Source: Dehalococcoidia bacterium
GTDB taxonomy: Bacteria > Chloroflexota > Dehalococcoidia > Bin125
Assembly (NCBI GenBank): GCA_963663235.2
Contig: CAXXNO010000004.1
Span: 384,001-448,000 of the forward strand
Length of the DNA: 64,000 bases
Direction: 5' to 3'
The stretch's first letter is position 1. Each line of letters starts with the position of its first letter. A program made the position numbers and the translations under genes. A model generated the notes under the pieces. That model was given only the letters and a program-made list of their open reading frames with translations. It did not search any database and was not told the origin of the DNA. Shown here one piece after another: positions 1-9,191 of the stretch.

Positions 1-466
1 GCCGCAAGATCGAGTGGAGGCTGGCGCGGGGCCGGACCGGCTTGCGGCGCAGCCGCATGTGGGCCTCGATGGGCGTGCGCCCGGCCTTCAAATGGTTGCA
101 GCGCCGGCAGGCCGCGACGAGGTTCTCCCAGCTATGGTCGCCGCCGCGGCGGCGCGGCACCACGTGGTCCAGCGTGAGGTCGTGGGTGCGGGCGCCGCAG
201 TACTGACAGGTGAACGCGTCGCGGGCGAAGACTTCCTCACGGCAGAGGCGCGCGCAGGGGCGCGGCCGGCGAATGAAGTACAACATGCGAATCACACTGG
301 GGACGTGGAAGGCGCGGGCGACGGTGCGCAGCAAGAGGCTCTCCGCCTCTTCCACCACCTCCGCTTTGCCTCCGGTGACGAGCACAATGGCCCGGCGGGC
401 GTTGCAGACGTTGAGCGGCTCATAGTTCTGGTTCAGCACCAGCACGGACGCACTCGCCGAGGACAC
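1..466 (-). CDS. HNH endonuclease (McrA-like), 3' end runs off the window
   Basis: Not in the ORF track. Manual translation of the minus strand: VLVLNQNYEPLNVC...VFARDAFTCQYCG...LTLDHVVPRRRGGDHSWENLVAACRRCNHLKAGRTP. It has CxxC, DHVVP, N and CxxCN motifs, and a GTG start at 466 with GGGAGGGAG upstream. Confidence 0.9.
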   Translation of the reverse strand, partial: MSSASASVLVLNQNYEPLNVCNARRAIVLVTGGKAEVVEEAESLLLRTVARAFHVPSVIRMLYFIRRPRPCARLCREEVFARDAFTCQYCGARTHDLTLDHVVPRRRGGDHSWENLVAACRRCNHLKAGRTPIEAHMRLRRKPVRPRASLHSILR

Positions 467-566
467 CGCTGACTGTCACTCCCTCCCGCGCCGCCGCGCT
501 GCGGCCACGGCTCATCGCTGCAAGGGCGATCCTACCAAACCGCCCCTGCGCGTGGCGCGCCGCGCG

Positions 567-1067
567 TCAGGCCGTGAACTCGGTGAGGGCTCGATCGAAC
601 TCGCCGGGCAGAAGCGCGCGGACGAAGGGGGCGGTGTCCAAGAAGAAGGATCCGATCGCGGAGCCTTCGATCACCTGATCCATCCCCAGCGCCGGCTGCG
701 CGATGAAAATGATCGTCAGCGCCTGAACGACCAGGACCGCCTTGAGAAAGCCGAAGACGGCGCCTCCCGCCCGATCGGCCCAGCCGAGGAGGAGCAGTTC
801 CGAGCCGGCGTGGAGGAAACGCCCCGCCACCACCCCCGCGATCGCCACCACGGCGAAGATCGCGACAAAGGCAATGATGCGCAGCGCCGTTTCGTCCTCC
901 GTGAAGACGGTGAGATTCGCGGCCAAGTCATCGTGCAACAGGCCGGCCAGCACAATTGCGGCCACGACCGCGACGAGGCCGACCGTTTCGCGGATGAAGC
1001 CGCTGAGGAAGGCGGTGAGCGTGAACCAGGCCATCAGGCCCAGGATGACGAAATCCAGCCAGTTCAT
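567..1067 (-). CDS. cvpA: CvpA (colicin V production) family membrane protein
   Basis: MNWLDFVILG...GFIRE...DRAGGAVFGFLKA pattern with 4 hydrophobic segments. Start trimmed to the ATG at 1067. Confidence 0.85.
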   Translation of the reverse strand: MNWLDFVILGLMAWFTLTAFLSGFIRETVGLVAVVAAIVLAGLLHDDLAANLTVFTEDETALRIIAFVAIFAVVAIAGVVAGRFLHAGSELLLLGWADRAGGAVFGFLKAVLVVQALTIIFIAQPALGMDQVIEGSAIGSFFLDTAPFVRALLPGEFDRALTEFTA

Positions 1068-1163
1068 GGACTCGGTCGCCTCAACCCCGCCGCCGTACTC
1101 TACCATTGGGTGCCCGTAGCCCCTATCCACGCCACATCCAGGCCGAGGCGTGCGCGGGAGGGC

Positions 1164-1946
1164 GTGGGGGAAGGCGAGCCGAGCATCAACCGCGCGGCGC
1201 TGGGCCGGTTACTGGATGAGGTGGCCGCCGGCGAGATCTCGCCGCGGGAGGCCCAGGAACGGCTGCGCGATCTGCCGTACGAGGACCTGGGCTTCGCCAA
1301 GCTGGACCATCATCGGGCGCTTCGGGACGGTTTGCCGGAGGTCGTGCTGGCCAGCGGCAAGACGGCCGCCGAGTGCGCGCGGCTGGCCGAGCGCATCGTG
1401 GCGCACGGGGACCGGCTGCTGGTCACCCGTGCCGACCCCGAGCAGGCGGCCGCCATTGTGGCGGCCGTGCCGCAGGCCCGCTACCACGAGCGGGCTCGTT
1501 GCGTGGCCTGGCGGGAGGAGCCGTCACGCGAGGAGCCGGGCGTCCTGGTGTGCAGCGGCGGAAGCGCCGATCTTCCCGTGGCGGAAGAGGCGGCGCTGAC
1601 GGCGTCGATGATGGACTGCGCGCCCGATCGCCTGTACGACGTGGGCGTCGCGGGGCTGCATCGTCTGCTGGACCATCTAGAGCGGTTGCACGCCGCGGCC
1701 GTGATCGTCGTCGTGGCGGGGATGGACGCCGCGCTGCCCAGCGTGGTGGCGGGGCTCACGGCGGTCCCGGTGGTCGCGGTGCCGACGTCGGTGGGGTACG
1801 GGGCGGCGTTTGAGGGGCTCGCTCCGCTCCTGGCGATGCTGAACGCCTGCGCGCCGGGCGTGGCGGTGGTGAACATCGACAACGGCTTCGGGGCCGGTTA
1901 CCTGGCTGGGACGATCGCCCGGAGCGCGGCCCGAGCCGAGCGGTGA
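1164..1946 (+). CDS. larB: Nickel-pincer cofactor biosynthesis protein LarB
   Basis: FAKLDHHRALRDGLPEVV, DVGVAGLHRL, AGMDAALPSVV, PTSVGYG, VVNIDNGFGA. GTG at 1164 follows GGGAGG. Confidence 0.92.
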   Translation: MGEGEPSINRAALGRLLDEVAAGEISPREAQERLRDLPYEDLGFAKLDHHRALRDGLPEVVLASGKTAAECARLAERIVAHGDRLLVTRADPEQAAAIVAAVPQARYHERARCVAWREEPSREEPGVLVCSGGSADLPVAEEAALTASMMDCAPDRLYDVGVAGLHRLLDHLERLHAAAVIVVVAGMDAALPSVVAGLTAVPVVAVPTSVGYGAAFEGLAPLLAMLNACAPGVAVVNIDNGFGAGYLAGTIARSAARAER

Positions 1947-3148
1947 GCCGCCTCGCCTACTTCGACTGCGTGAGCGGAGTCAGCGGCGACATGCTGCTGG
2001 GAGCGCTGGTCGACGCCGGCGCGCCCTTGGCCGAGATCGAAGCGGTGTTGCGCACGCTGCCGCTCAGCGGGTGGTCGTTGCGGGCGGAAGCGGTGCAACG
2101 GGGCGGGCTGCGGGCGCTGCGGGTGCACGTCGACTGTGGGGAGGGGCCGCCCGAACCCGAGCGGCGGCTGGCCCAAATCGAGCAGATCGTGCGGGAGGGA
2201 TCGCTGCCGGCTGGCGTGGCCGATCGGGCGTCGGCCGTCTTTCGCCGTCTGGCGGAGGCGGAGGCGCGGGCGCACGGATCGGAGGCGGAGACGGTCGCAT
2301 TCCATGCGGTCGGCGCGGCCGACGCGATCGTGGACGTCGTGGGGGTGCTGGCCGCGCTGCGGCTGCTGGACATCGAGGCGGTGTACGCGTCGGCGCTGCC
2401 GCTGGCGGCGATGGGGGAGACGGAGAGCGGGCATGGCCCGGCGCCGCTGCCCGCCCAGGCGACGCTGGAGTTGCTGCGGGCGGCAGGCGCGCCTCTGCGC
2501 GCCGCGGCGGGCGCGGATCACTGGGAGTTGGTGACGCCCACCGGAGCGGCCCTGGTGGCGGAGCTGGCCCGGTTCGAGCGGCCCGCGCTGCGCCTGGAGC
2601 GGATCGGGATGGGGGCGGGCGCGCGCGAGTTGCCGCACCGGCCCAACGTGCTCCGCGTCTGGCTGGGCGAGGCCACCGACGTGGACGCGGGCGCCGGCGT
2701 GCGCCCGGTCACGGTGCTGGAGACGACGCTGGACGACATGACGGCGGAGCAAGTGGCGTTCGCGCGCGACCGGATTGTGGCGGGCGGCGCGCTGGACGTC
2801 TGGATCACCGCCACGCAGATGAAGAAGGGGCGCGCGGGTTTGCACCTGACCGTGATCGGGCGGCCCGAAGACGAAGGCGTCTTGGCGCGGCTCTTGCTGC
2901 GCGAGACATCGACGCTGGGGGTGCGGGTCCGGGACGAGCGCCGCTACGAGGCGGAGCGGGAAAGCCGGCGCTTCGAGTCGTCGCTGGGGCCGGTGGCGGT
3001 GAAGCTGAAGCGGCTGCCCGGCGAGCCGCCCCAAGTGGCGCCGGAGTTCGAGTCCTGCCGCGCGCTGGCCGAGCGGCACCGGCTGCCGATCGCCCGCGTT
3101 TTCGCGCTGGTCCAGCGCGAAGCGGAGGAGCGGCTGGACCTGGGCTGA
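1943..3148 (+). CDS. larC: Nickel insertion protein LarC
   Basis: YFDCVSGVSGDMLLGAL, FHAVGAADAIVDV, ELVTPTGAA, MKKGR, ETSTLGVR, PEFESC. GTGA overlap with larB. Confidence 0.92.
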   Translation: MSRLAYFDCVSGVSGDMLLGALVDAGAPLAEIEAVLRTLPLSGWSLRAEAVQRGGLRALRVHVDCGEGPPEPERRLAQIEQIVREGSLPAGVADRASAVFRRLAEAEARAHGSEAETVAFHAVGAADAIVDVVGVLAALRLLDIEAVYASALPLAAMGETESGHGPAPLPAQATLELLRAAGAPLRAAAGADHWELVTPTGAALVAELARFERPALRLERIGMGAGARELPHRPNVLRVWLGEATDVDAGAGVRPVTVLETTLDDMTAEQVAFARDRIVAGGALDVWITATQMKKGRAGLHLTVIGRPEDEGVLARLLLRETSTLGVRVRDERRYEAERESRRFESSLGPVAVKLKRLPGEPPQVAPEFESCRALAERHRLPIARVFALVQREAEERLDLG

Positions 3149-3275
3149 GCGGTCGCCTCCCGATGGCGCAGGCGGCTGTTGCCCCGCGGCGAGCGATACG
3201 GCATCGCCGAACGTCTGCGTCCGGCGACGGATGGTGCCGGCGCACGGTGAACTCGACGGTGATCTCGACGGCGAT

Positions 3276-3998
3276 CTAAGAGTTGGCAGGCGGCTCCAGG
3301 AGCCCCTCTGCGCGGAGCGAGGCGTGCCGCCCGCCGGAGCCCACCACGATGTGGTCGAGGACATCGACGTCCAGCAGCCGGCCGGCCGCCACCAGGGCGT
3401 GGGTCATCTCTACGTCGTCGGGTGAAGGTGTGGGGTCGCCGGAGGGGTGGTTGTGCACGGCGAGGATCGCCGGGCAGTTGCGGCGCACGGCCTCGCGTAG
3501 GATCTCCGCGACCCGGACCGGCGAGGAGCGAATACTGCCCCGGTAGACCGTGTTGACGGCGGTTACCTGGTTCTTCGTCGTCAGCAAGAAGACGCGCAGC
3601 TCTTCTTGCTCCAGCAAGGCCATCTCCGCGCCCACGAGAGCGAGGACGTCGTCCGGGCCGCTGATGGTGGGTCGATCTTCGGGCTGGAGCGCCCCGAGGC
3701 GCAGTCCGATCTCCAGCGCGGCCTTGATCTGCGCCGCCTTGGCGTTGCCCAAGGCGCGCTCCTGCGCTAGTTCGGCGGGCGCGGCGTTGTGCAGGCCGGC
3801 CAGGCCCCGCTGCGCCAGCAAGCGCGCGGCGACGTCCAGTGCGCTTTCGTCGCGGGTACCGGTGCGCAGGAGGATGGCCAGCAGCTCGGCGTTGGAGAGG
3901 GCGCCGGCGCCGGCGTGGAAGAGACGCTCGCGGGGGCGTTCATTCTGGGGCAAGTCCCGGATGCGGACGTGATAACTGGGCGGTTCCGGGGTGGTCAC
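3276..3998 (-). CDS. radC: RadC / JAB-domain protein
   Basis: ERPRERL, LSNAELLAILLRTG, JAB motif HNHPSGDPTPSPDD, LDHIVV. The GTG start overlaps the upstream stop. Confidence 0.92.
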   Translation of the reverse strand: MTTPEPPSYHVRIRDLPQNERPRERLFHAGAGALSNAELLAILLRTGTRDESALDVAARLLAQRGLAGLHNAAPAELAQERALGNAKAAQIKAALEIGLRLGALQPEDRPTISGPDDVLALVGAEMALLEQEELRVFLLTTKNQVTAVNTVYRGSIRSSPVRVAEILREAVRRNCPAILAVHNHPSGDPTPSPDDVEMTHALVAAGRLLDVDVLDHIVVGSGGRHASLRAEGLLEPPANS

Positions 3999-4684
3999 GG
4001 CGTCCGGCCGGGGCGGTCGTCGGGCTCGTGCTCTACGGGGCGCCGAAAGCTCGGCGGCGCCACGTCCGGAGCGCGGGCCGGCCACAGAGGTTCGTCCGGC
4101 GGCGGGGGCGGTCCCGGGGGTGTTCTCGGCCACCCCGACTCTGCCGACGGGGGCTCTGCCGACGGGAGCTCTATCGGCGGGAACTCCGCGGACGAGGGCT
4201 GCTCCGCCGGTGGGGGCTCCTCCGCCGGGGGCGGGAGGGGGATCTCACTAGGGGTCAGGGCTCGCCAGTCCACCACCGTGTTCGAGTAGGGGTAGTGGAG
4301 AAGGTCGATCCAGCCATCGACGTCGGGCATGGCGCGATAGGTCGCCTTGGGGACGCGGAAGATGCGCTGGTGCACCAGGACGTAGTGGCCGGGGAAGAGG
4401 AAGAAGAGGTCCGACTTGGACCACTTCCGGTCGATGGCGCCGCGTGTCCCTATGGGAATGGCGAAGAGATCGCGGAGGGCCTGGAGGGACGAAAAAGCCA
4501 GGAGGAGCGCGATCAGCCCGGTCAGCACGGCAACGATCCACACCTCCGTATTTCCCTCTAGGGCGCGGATGAGATTGAAGGCGGTGAGCGCCGTGAGGAG
4601 GACGAAGGGCGGCGTCCAGATCAGCGCGCTGCGCAGAAGCGCGCGCCGCGCGCGGCGCTCGTTGGCGCCGTCGTCCTGGATCAT
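3995..4684 (-). CDS. Hypothetical two-TM membrane protein with Pro/Glu-rich tail
   Basis: Two hydrophobic helices (IWTPPFVLLTALTAFNLI; VWIVAVLTGLIALLLAF). Translationally coupled to both neighbours by 4-nt overlaps. Confidence 0.7.
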   Translation of the reverse strand: MIQDDGANERRARRALLRSALIWTPPFVLLTALTAFNLIRALEGNTEVWIVAVLTGLIALLLAFSSLQALRDLFAIPIGTRGAIDRKWSKSDLFFLFPGHYVLVHQRIFRVPKATYRAMPDVDGWIDLLHYPYSNTVVDWRALTPSEIPLPPPAEEPPPAEQPSSAEFPPIELPSAEPPSAESGWPRTPPGPPPPPDEPLWPARAPDVAPPSFRRPVEHEPDDRPGRTP

Positions 4685-5178
4685 TCGTCGAACTGTGGGA
4701 CCAGGACTTCCTGTCCCACGTCGATGCGGGTGCCGTCGCCGAGGGAGGGGTTGAAGCGGAGGATGTCGTCCACGCTGACGCCGTAGACCACGCTGATATC
4801 GAAGAGCGTGTCCCCCGGCTGCACGATGAAGCGGACGAAGGAGTCGGCCCCCTCGGGCTCCGCCGGCTGGGGCGGGCCGGGGAGTTGGACGGCGGGCTCG
4901 GAGGTCGATTGGGGGGTTCCGCCCACCGGCGGCGCTCCGCCCGGCAGGACCTCTGGGGCCGGGCCGGTGATCCGGGCCTCCACCGCGGCGGGCGGGGCCG
5001 GGGGGGCGTCCTCCGGGGAGAGCGTGGTCCACAGTCCCACGACAATGCCGGTGGTGGCGGCGACGGCTACCAGGCGACCCAGCCGGGCTCGCGCGTCGGC
5101 GGGCGGCGAGCGTCGTTGGAGCCAGTGACCGGCGGACCTGGCAACCGATCGCCTGATGAAGGGTGTTCGCGTGGCCAT
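4681..5178 (-). CDS. Membrane-anchored LysM-domain protein
   Basis: N-terminal TM, Pro-rich linker, C-terminal FIVQPGDTLFDISVVYGVSVDDILRFNPSL...IDVGQEVLVP (LysM). Confidence 0.85.
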   Translation of the reverse strand: MATRTPFIRRSVARSAGHWLQRRSPPADARARLGRLVAVAATTGIVVGLWTTLSPEDAPPAPPAAVEARITGPAPEVLPGGAPPVGGTPQSTSEPAVQLPGPPQPAEPEGADSFVRFIVQPGDTLFDISVVYGVSVDDILRFNPSLGDGTRIDVGQEVLVPQFDE

Positions 5179-5212
5179 GCGCCGGGGCCCTTCCTTTACG
5201 CGGAACGCCACG

Positions 5213-5596
5213 CTACTGGATCTCGACGGTTGCGCCCGCCTCTTCCAGCTTCGTCTTGATCTGTTCGGCCTCTTCCTTGCCGATCTCTTCCTTCACAGGC
5301 TTCGGCGCGCTCTCGACGAACTCCTTGGCCTCTCGTAGGCCCAGGCTGGTGAGCTCACGCACCGTCTTGATCACATTGATCTTATTGGCGCCGAAGTCCT
5401 TGAGCACCACCGAAAATTCGGTCTGCTCCTCCTCCGCCGCGTCGGCCGCCCCGCCCGCGGCCGCGGGGGCGGCGGCCACCGCGACGGGCGCGGCGGCGCT
5501 GACGCCGAACTCTTCCTCGATCTTCTTGACCAGGTCTCGGGCCTCCAGGAGGGTCATGCCCTGGATCAGATCGAACGCTTCATTAACTTTCGTCAT
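5213..5596 (-). CDS. rplL: 50S ribosomal protein L7/L12
   Basis: [11 protein letters not shown]...EQTEFSVVL...[24 protein letters not shown]. Confidence 0.98.
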   Translation of the reverse strand: MTKVNEAFDLIQGMTLLEARDLVKKIEEEFGVSAAAPVAVAAAPAAAGGAADAAEEEQTEFSVVLKDFGANKINVIKTVRELTSLGLREAKEFVESAPKPVKEEIGKEEAEQIKTKLEEAGATVEIQ

Positions 5597-6152
5597 GGCC
5601 TGCTCCTTCGGTTGCCGGTGTCGCGGTCGTTTCGAGTTGGGCGGCGCGCGCTTCCACGCCGGCGGCCAGTTGCCGGAGTACGGCGGAGATCGCCGATGCC
5701 AGCCCGCTGATTGGGTTGCTGATGCCTCCGGCGAGCGTGGCCATCAATTGCCCGCGGCCGGGCAGCGTGGCGAGATCGGCGACCTGCTCCGAACTGAGGA
5801 CGGTGCTGTCCGACACGGCGCCGTGGAGGGTGAGCGTGAGCCGATTGGCGCGCAGGTAGTCGGTGATGGCTTTGGGCGGGTTGACGACCTCTTCGTAGCC
5901 AAAGAGGAAGGCCGTGGCCTCCTGCACGATCTCGTTGAGGCCGGGGTTGCCGACGTTGTCGGCGGCGCGCTTGACCATGGAGTTCTTGACGACGCGGAGC
6001 TCCATGGTGGGCTCCTTCTGGCGTAGGGCGAGGCGCAGGTCGCGCATTTGCGCCACGGTCAAGCCGCGATAGTCGAGGCCGATCACGATGACGGCCCGCC
6101 GGAAGCGTTCTTCCAACTCGGCAACCTGCGCGAGCTTGCGCTCCGTGGGCAT
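5583..6152 (-). CDS. rplJ: 50S ribosomal protein L10
   Basis: MPTERK...[14 protein letters not shown]...VVKN...LATLP, located between rplA and rplL. Confidence 0.96.
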   Translation of the reverse strand: MPTERKLAQVAELEERFRRAVIVIGLDYRGLTVAQMRDLRLALRQKEPTMELRVVKNSMVKRAADNVGNPGLNEIVQEATAFLFGYEEVVNPPKAITDYLRANRLTLTLHGAVSDSTVLSSEQVADLATLPGRGQLMATLAGGISNPISGLASAISAVLRQLAAGVEARAAQLETTATPATEGAGHDES

Positions 6153-6212
6153 GTCCGTCCCCTCCGCGCCGGCGGGGGCAAGCGTAACGCCCGCCTCCTC
6201 CGGGATCGGCGG

Positions 6213-6329
6213 GCGCCAGAGAACGGAGCGATTAGGGGCCGACGGGCCCGTCACGCCGCCCAAACCCGCCTGCGCTGGGGATTGAGGCCCGCGCGCTGTG
6301 CGCAGCGGGCCGCCAGCGGTCTCTGGCGC
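6213..6329 (-). promoter_or_regulatory. L10 leader (rplJL autoregulatory RNA)
   Basis: Minus strand reads GCGCCAGAGACCGCTGG...CTCAATCCCCAGCGCAGG...TCTCTGGCGC. It has a closing 10-bp stem and the AGAC-n-GG / AA-n-CC-n-CGCAGG elements typical of L10 leaders, and lies in the rplA-rplJ spacer. Confidence 0.75.
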
Positions 6330-6337
6330 GGCCGCAG

Positions 6338-7051
6338 CTATTCAAGTTTGAGGGCAAGCGTACTCTGCAACTCCAGCTTGACGCTAGGCCCCATGGTGGA
6401 GGTCAGGTGGATGGAGCGGACGTAGGCGCCCTTGCCCCCGGCCGGTTTGGCCTTGACGATTTCGTGGATCACGGTGGAGATGTTATTGACCAGATTCTCC
6501 TGCTCAAAGCTGGCCTTGCCCACTGGGACGTGGATCAGCGCGAGGCGATCCAGCCGGAACTCAACCCGTCCGCGGCGCGCTTCGTCGATAGCGCCGGCGA
6601 GGTCGGCGCTATCGACGACGGTGCCGGCCTTGGGGTTGGGCATGAGCCCCCGCGGCCCGAGGATGCGGCCCAGCTTGCCGACCTTGCCCATCAGATCGCG
6701 CTGGGCGATGGCGACATCGAACTCCGTGAACCCGTCGGTGACGCGCTTGATCAGGTCATCGCTGCCGATGTCGTCGGCGCCGGCTTCCGTGGCGGCGCGG
6801 GCGCCTTCGCCTTCGGCGAAGACCACGATGCGCACCTGCTTGCCCAGGCCGGCCGGGAGGAGGGCGGTGCCGCGCACCTGCTGATCCGCGTGGCGCGGGT
6901 CCAAGCCGGTGCGCACGTGCAACTCCACCGTTTCATCGAACTTGGCGGTGGCATTCTTTTTCACCAAGGCGACGGCGTCCGGGAGGGCGAAGCTCTGGTC
7001 GGCGTCGTAGGCGGCGACCACGGCGCGGTAGCGCTTGCCGTTTGCACTCAT
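6338..7051 (-). CDS. rplA: 50S ribosomal protein L1
   Basis: AKFDETVELH, DPRHADQQVRG, LGRILGPRGLMPNPKAGTV, STMGPS. Confidence 0.98.
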   Translation of the reverse strand: MSANGKRYRAVVAAYDADQSFALPDAVALVKKNATAKFDETVELHVRTGLDPRHADQQVRGTALLPAGLGKQVRIVVFAEGEGARAATEAGADDIGSDDLIKRVTDGFTEFDVAIAQRDLMGKVGKLGRILGPRGLMPNPKAGTVVDSADLAGAIDEARRGRVEFRLDRLALIHVPVGKASFEQENLVNNISTVIHEIVKAKPAGGKGAYVRSIHLTSTMGPSVKLELQSTLALKLE

Positions 7052-7055
7052 GAGG

Positions 7056-7481
7056 CTAGTCCTCCACCTCGACACCCATGCTCCGCGCGGTGCCGGCGAT
7101 CATGCGTTCCGCCGCATTCAGGTCGTTGGCGTTGAGATCCGGGAGTTTCTTCTGCGCGATGCGCCGGATGTCGGCGCGGGAGATCTGGCCGACCACTTCT
7201 CGCCGGGGCGTGGCGCTGCCCTTGTCCAGTTGGGCCGCCCGGCGGATGAGGTCGGAGGCCGGTGGGGTGCGGATCGCGAAGGTGAAGGATCGATCTTCGT
7301 AGATGGTGATCTGGGCGGGGATGATCTCGCCGACTTGGCCGCCGGTTCGATCGTTGTAGGCCTTGACGAAGTTCATGATGTTGACGCCGTGCTGGCCCAG
7401 GGCGGGCCCCACGGGCGGCGCGGGGTTGGCCTTGCCGGCCTCGAGCTGGAGGGTGAGGACGGCGCGGATCTTCTTGGCCAC
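7056..7481 (-). CDS. rplK: 50S ribosomal protein L11
   Basis: [22 protein letters not shown]...GTARSMG. Confidence 0.98.
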   Translation of the reverse strand: MAKKIRAVLTLQLEAGKANPAPPVGPALGQHGVNIMNFVKAYNDRTGGQVGEIIPAQITIYEDRSFTFAIRTPPASDLIRRAAQLDKGSATPRREVVGQISRADIRRIAQKKLPDLNANDLNAAERMIAGTARSMGVEVED

Positions 7482-7491
7482 GGGCGCGCTC

Positions 7492-8556
7492 CTAAGCCTT
7501 TTCCACCTGGATGAAATCGAGTTCGACTGGTATCTCGCGGCCGAACATGGTGATGAGCGCGCGGACCTTCCCCTTTTCGAGGTTGATTTGGTCCACGAGC
7601 GCCATGAAGTCCTGGAACGGCCCTTCCACCACGCGGACGGTATCGCCGATCTCGAACCCGACGCGCACGCGGGGCACCGCGACCCGCATCTGCCGCAGGA
7701 TGGTCTTGACTTCCTCGCGCGGCAGGGGCTTGGGTTCGTCCGTGCCGACGAAGCCGGTGACCCCCGGCGTGTTGCGCACCACGTACCAGGTATCGTTGTC
7801 CAGGATCATTTCGACCAGCACGTAGCCGGGCAGCAAGCGGCGTTGGACCTGGCGGCGCTGGCCGCCGCGGATCTCCAACTCTTCTTCGGTGGGAACGACC
7901 ACGCGGAAGATGCGGTCCGTCACGTCCATGCTGGCGACGCGGCGCTCCAGGTTTTCTTGGACGCGGTGCTCGTGGCCTGAGTAGGTGTTGAGCACGTACC
8001 AGGAGCGGGCGTCGGTGGGCGGCGGACCGATGAGTTCGTCCCCTTCGTCCACCTCCTCTTCGGGTTCCGCCTCGGCCGGCTCCTCCAGGACAGGCAGCAC
8101 CTCCTCGGCTTTCGCAGTGGGCTGATCAAGCCCCAGACGGGCGGCGAGGCGCGTGGCCTCTTCCCGGTCGGCGTCGGCCGCCGGGGCGCGCTTCTCATCC
8201 AGGCCGAGTTGCCGCGCCGTTTTCAACGCTTCGCGATACTCACGCTCGGCGGCGCTCAGTTGCGGCTCGTCGGCGGGGGGCGCGGCGGCTGCGTCGGTGC
8301 TCGGTGGCGGCTCGTCGGCGGGGGGCGCGGCGGCCTCGTCGGCGCTCGGCGGCGGCTCGTCGGCGGGGGGCGCGGTGGCTGCGTCGGCGCTCGGTGGCGG
8401 CTCGTCGGCGGGGGGCGCGGTGGCGGTGTCGGTGTCCACTTGCGGCTCGTCGCCGGAGGGCGCGGCGGCGGCGTCGGCGCGGTCGTCGGTCGGGGCTGTG
8501 TCCGGCGTCGACTCGTCCTTGGGTGGCTGGGGAGACTCGGTGGTTCCAGTTGTCAT
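7492..8556 (-). CDS. nusG: Transcription elongation factor NusG with a long acidic/Pro-rich N-terminal extension
   Basis: [31 protein letters not shown], and KOW motif [14 protein letters not shown]...[10 protein letters not shown]. Confidence 0.96.
   Translation of the reverse strand: MTTGTTESPQPPKDESTPDTAPTDDRADAAAAPSGDEPQVDTDTATAPPADEPPPSADAATAPPADEPPPSADEAAAPPADEPPPSTDAAAAPPADEPQLSAAEREYREALKTARQLGLDEKRAPAADADREEATRLAARLGLDQPTAKAEEVLPVLEEPAEAEPEEEVDEGDELIGPPPTDARSWYVLNTYSGHEHRVQENLERRVASMDVTDRIFRVVVPTEEELEIRGGQRRQVQRRLLPGYVLVEMILDNDTWYVVRNTPGVTGFVGTDEPKPLPREEVKTILRQMRVAVPRVRVGFEIGDTVRVVEGPFQDFMALVDQINLEKGKVRALITMFGREIPVELDFIQVEKA
8262..8486. repeat. 45-bp tandem repeat (about 5 units, last degenerate) encoding [15 protein letters not shown] in the NusG extension
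   Basis: GCGGCTCGTCG recurs at 8262, 8307, 8352, 8397 and 8442. Confidence 0.9.
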
Positions 8557-8560
8557 GACA

Positions 8561-9007
8561 TCACGGTAGGAGCACGCGCTCTAGGAGACGTGAGAAGCCC
8601 CAGTCGACGGCGCCGAGGAACGCCCCGATGCTGACCGACACGATCACCACGACGGTCGTCAGGCTCCGGGTTTCCTGGCGGCTGGGCCAGACGACTTTGC
8701 GGAGCTCGTCGACCACTTCGATGATGAGACGGGGATGGGTGAGCCGGTAGAGGCGTCCGCGCTCCTCGCGGGGCGCACTGGGCCGTTGCGGTTGGGCGCG
8801 CCGAGGCCGGAGGGTGACGTCGGCAGCGGCGACATCGGTTGGTGGGGCGATCTGCTGCTGCGCGGGCGGCGGCGGCATACCCTCCGCGTCCTCCGGGGTC
8901 GTCTCCGGCGTAGCGACGCGAGGGGTGGCGGGCAGGGTGGAGCGGGCGCCGGGCCGGGCCTGACGGCGGCGGCGGCGAGATCGCCTGTTGGAGGCCGGCG
9001 GGCTCAT
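8561..9007 (-). CDS. secE: Preprotein translocase subunit SecE (N-terminally extended)
   Basis: ELRKVVWPSRQET followed by a single TM helix ending GAVDWGF; between rpmG and nusG. Confidence 0.92.
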   Translation of the reverse strand: MSPPASNRRSRRRRRQARPGARSTLPATPRVATPETTPEDAEGMPPPPAQQQIAPPTDVAAADVTLRPRRAQPQRPSAPREERGRLYRLTHPRLIIEVVDELRKVVWPSRQETRSLTTVVVIVSVSIGAFLGAVDWGFSRLLERVLLP

Positions 9008-9025
9008 TGATCCGCTGCTCCTCCT

Positions 9026-9187
9026 CTAGCGCGTTTCCCGATACACCTGATGGCGGCGGCAGCGCGGGCAGTACTTGCGCAACTCTAGCCGATTGGAGTC
9101 GTTGCGCTTGTTCTTGGTGGAGTGATAGCTGCGATCGCGACATTCCGTGCAGGCAAGCGTGATGTGGATGCGGTCTCCTTTGGCCAC
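9026..9187 (-). CDS. rpmG: 50S ribosomal protein L33 (Zn-binding C+ form)
   Basis: Not in the ORF track. Manual translation: [53 protein letters not shown]. Confidence 0.96.
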   Translation of the reverse strand: MAKGDRIHITLACTECRDRSYHSTKNKRNDSNRLELRKYCPRCRRHQVYRETR

Positions 9188-9191
9188 GGCT

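Noticed and set aside
14-472. 152-aa plus-strand ORF in the track
   Set aside because: It is the antisense shadow of the HNH endonuclease on the minus strand.
3244-3277. 12-bp tandem repeat CTCGACGG(T/C)GAT between larC and radC
   Set aside because: Only about two copies in a convergent spacer, which is too little to support a function.
1-3998. HNH and radC as markers of a mobile element
   Set aside because: Both look like the common chromosomal forms. No integrase, transposase, att site or terminal repeats were seen, including next to the tRNA genes.
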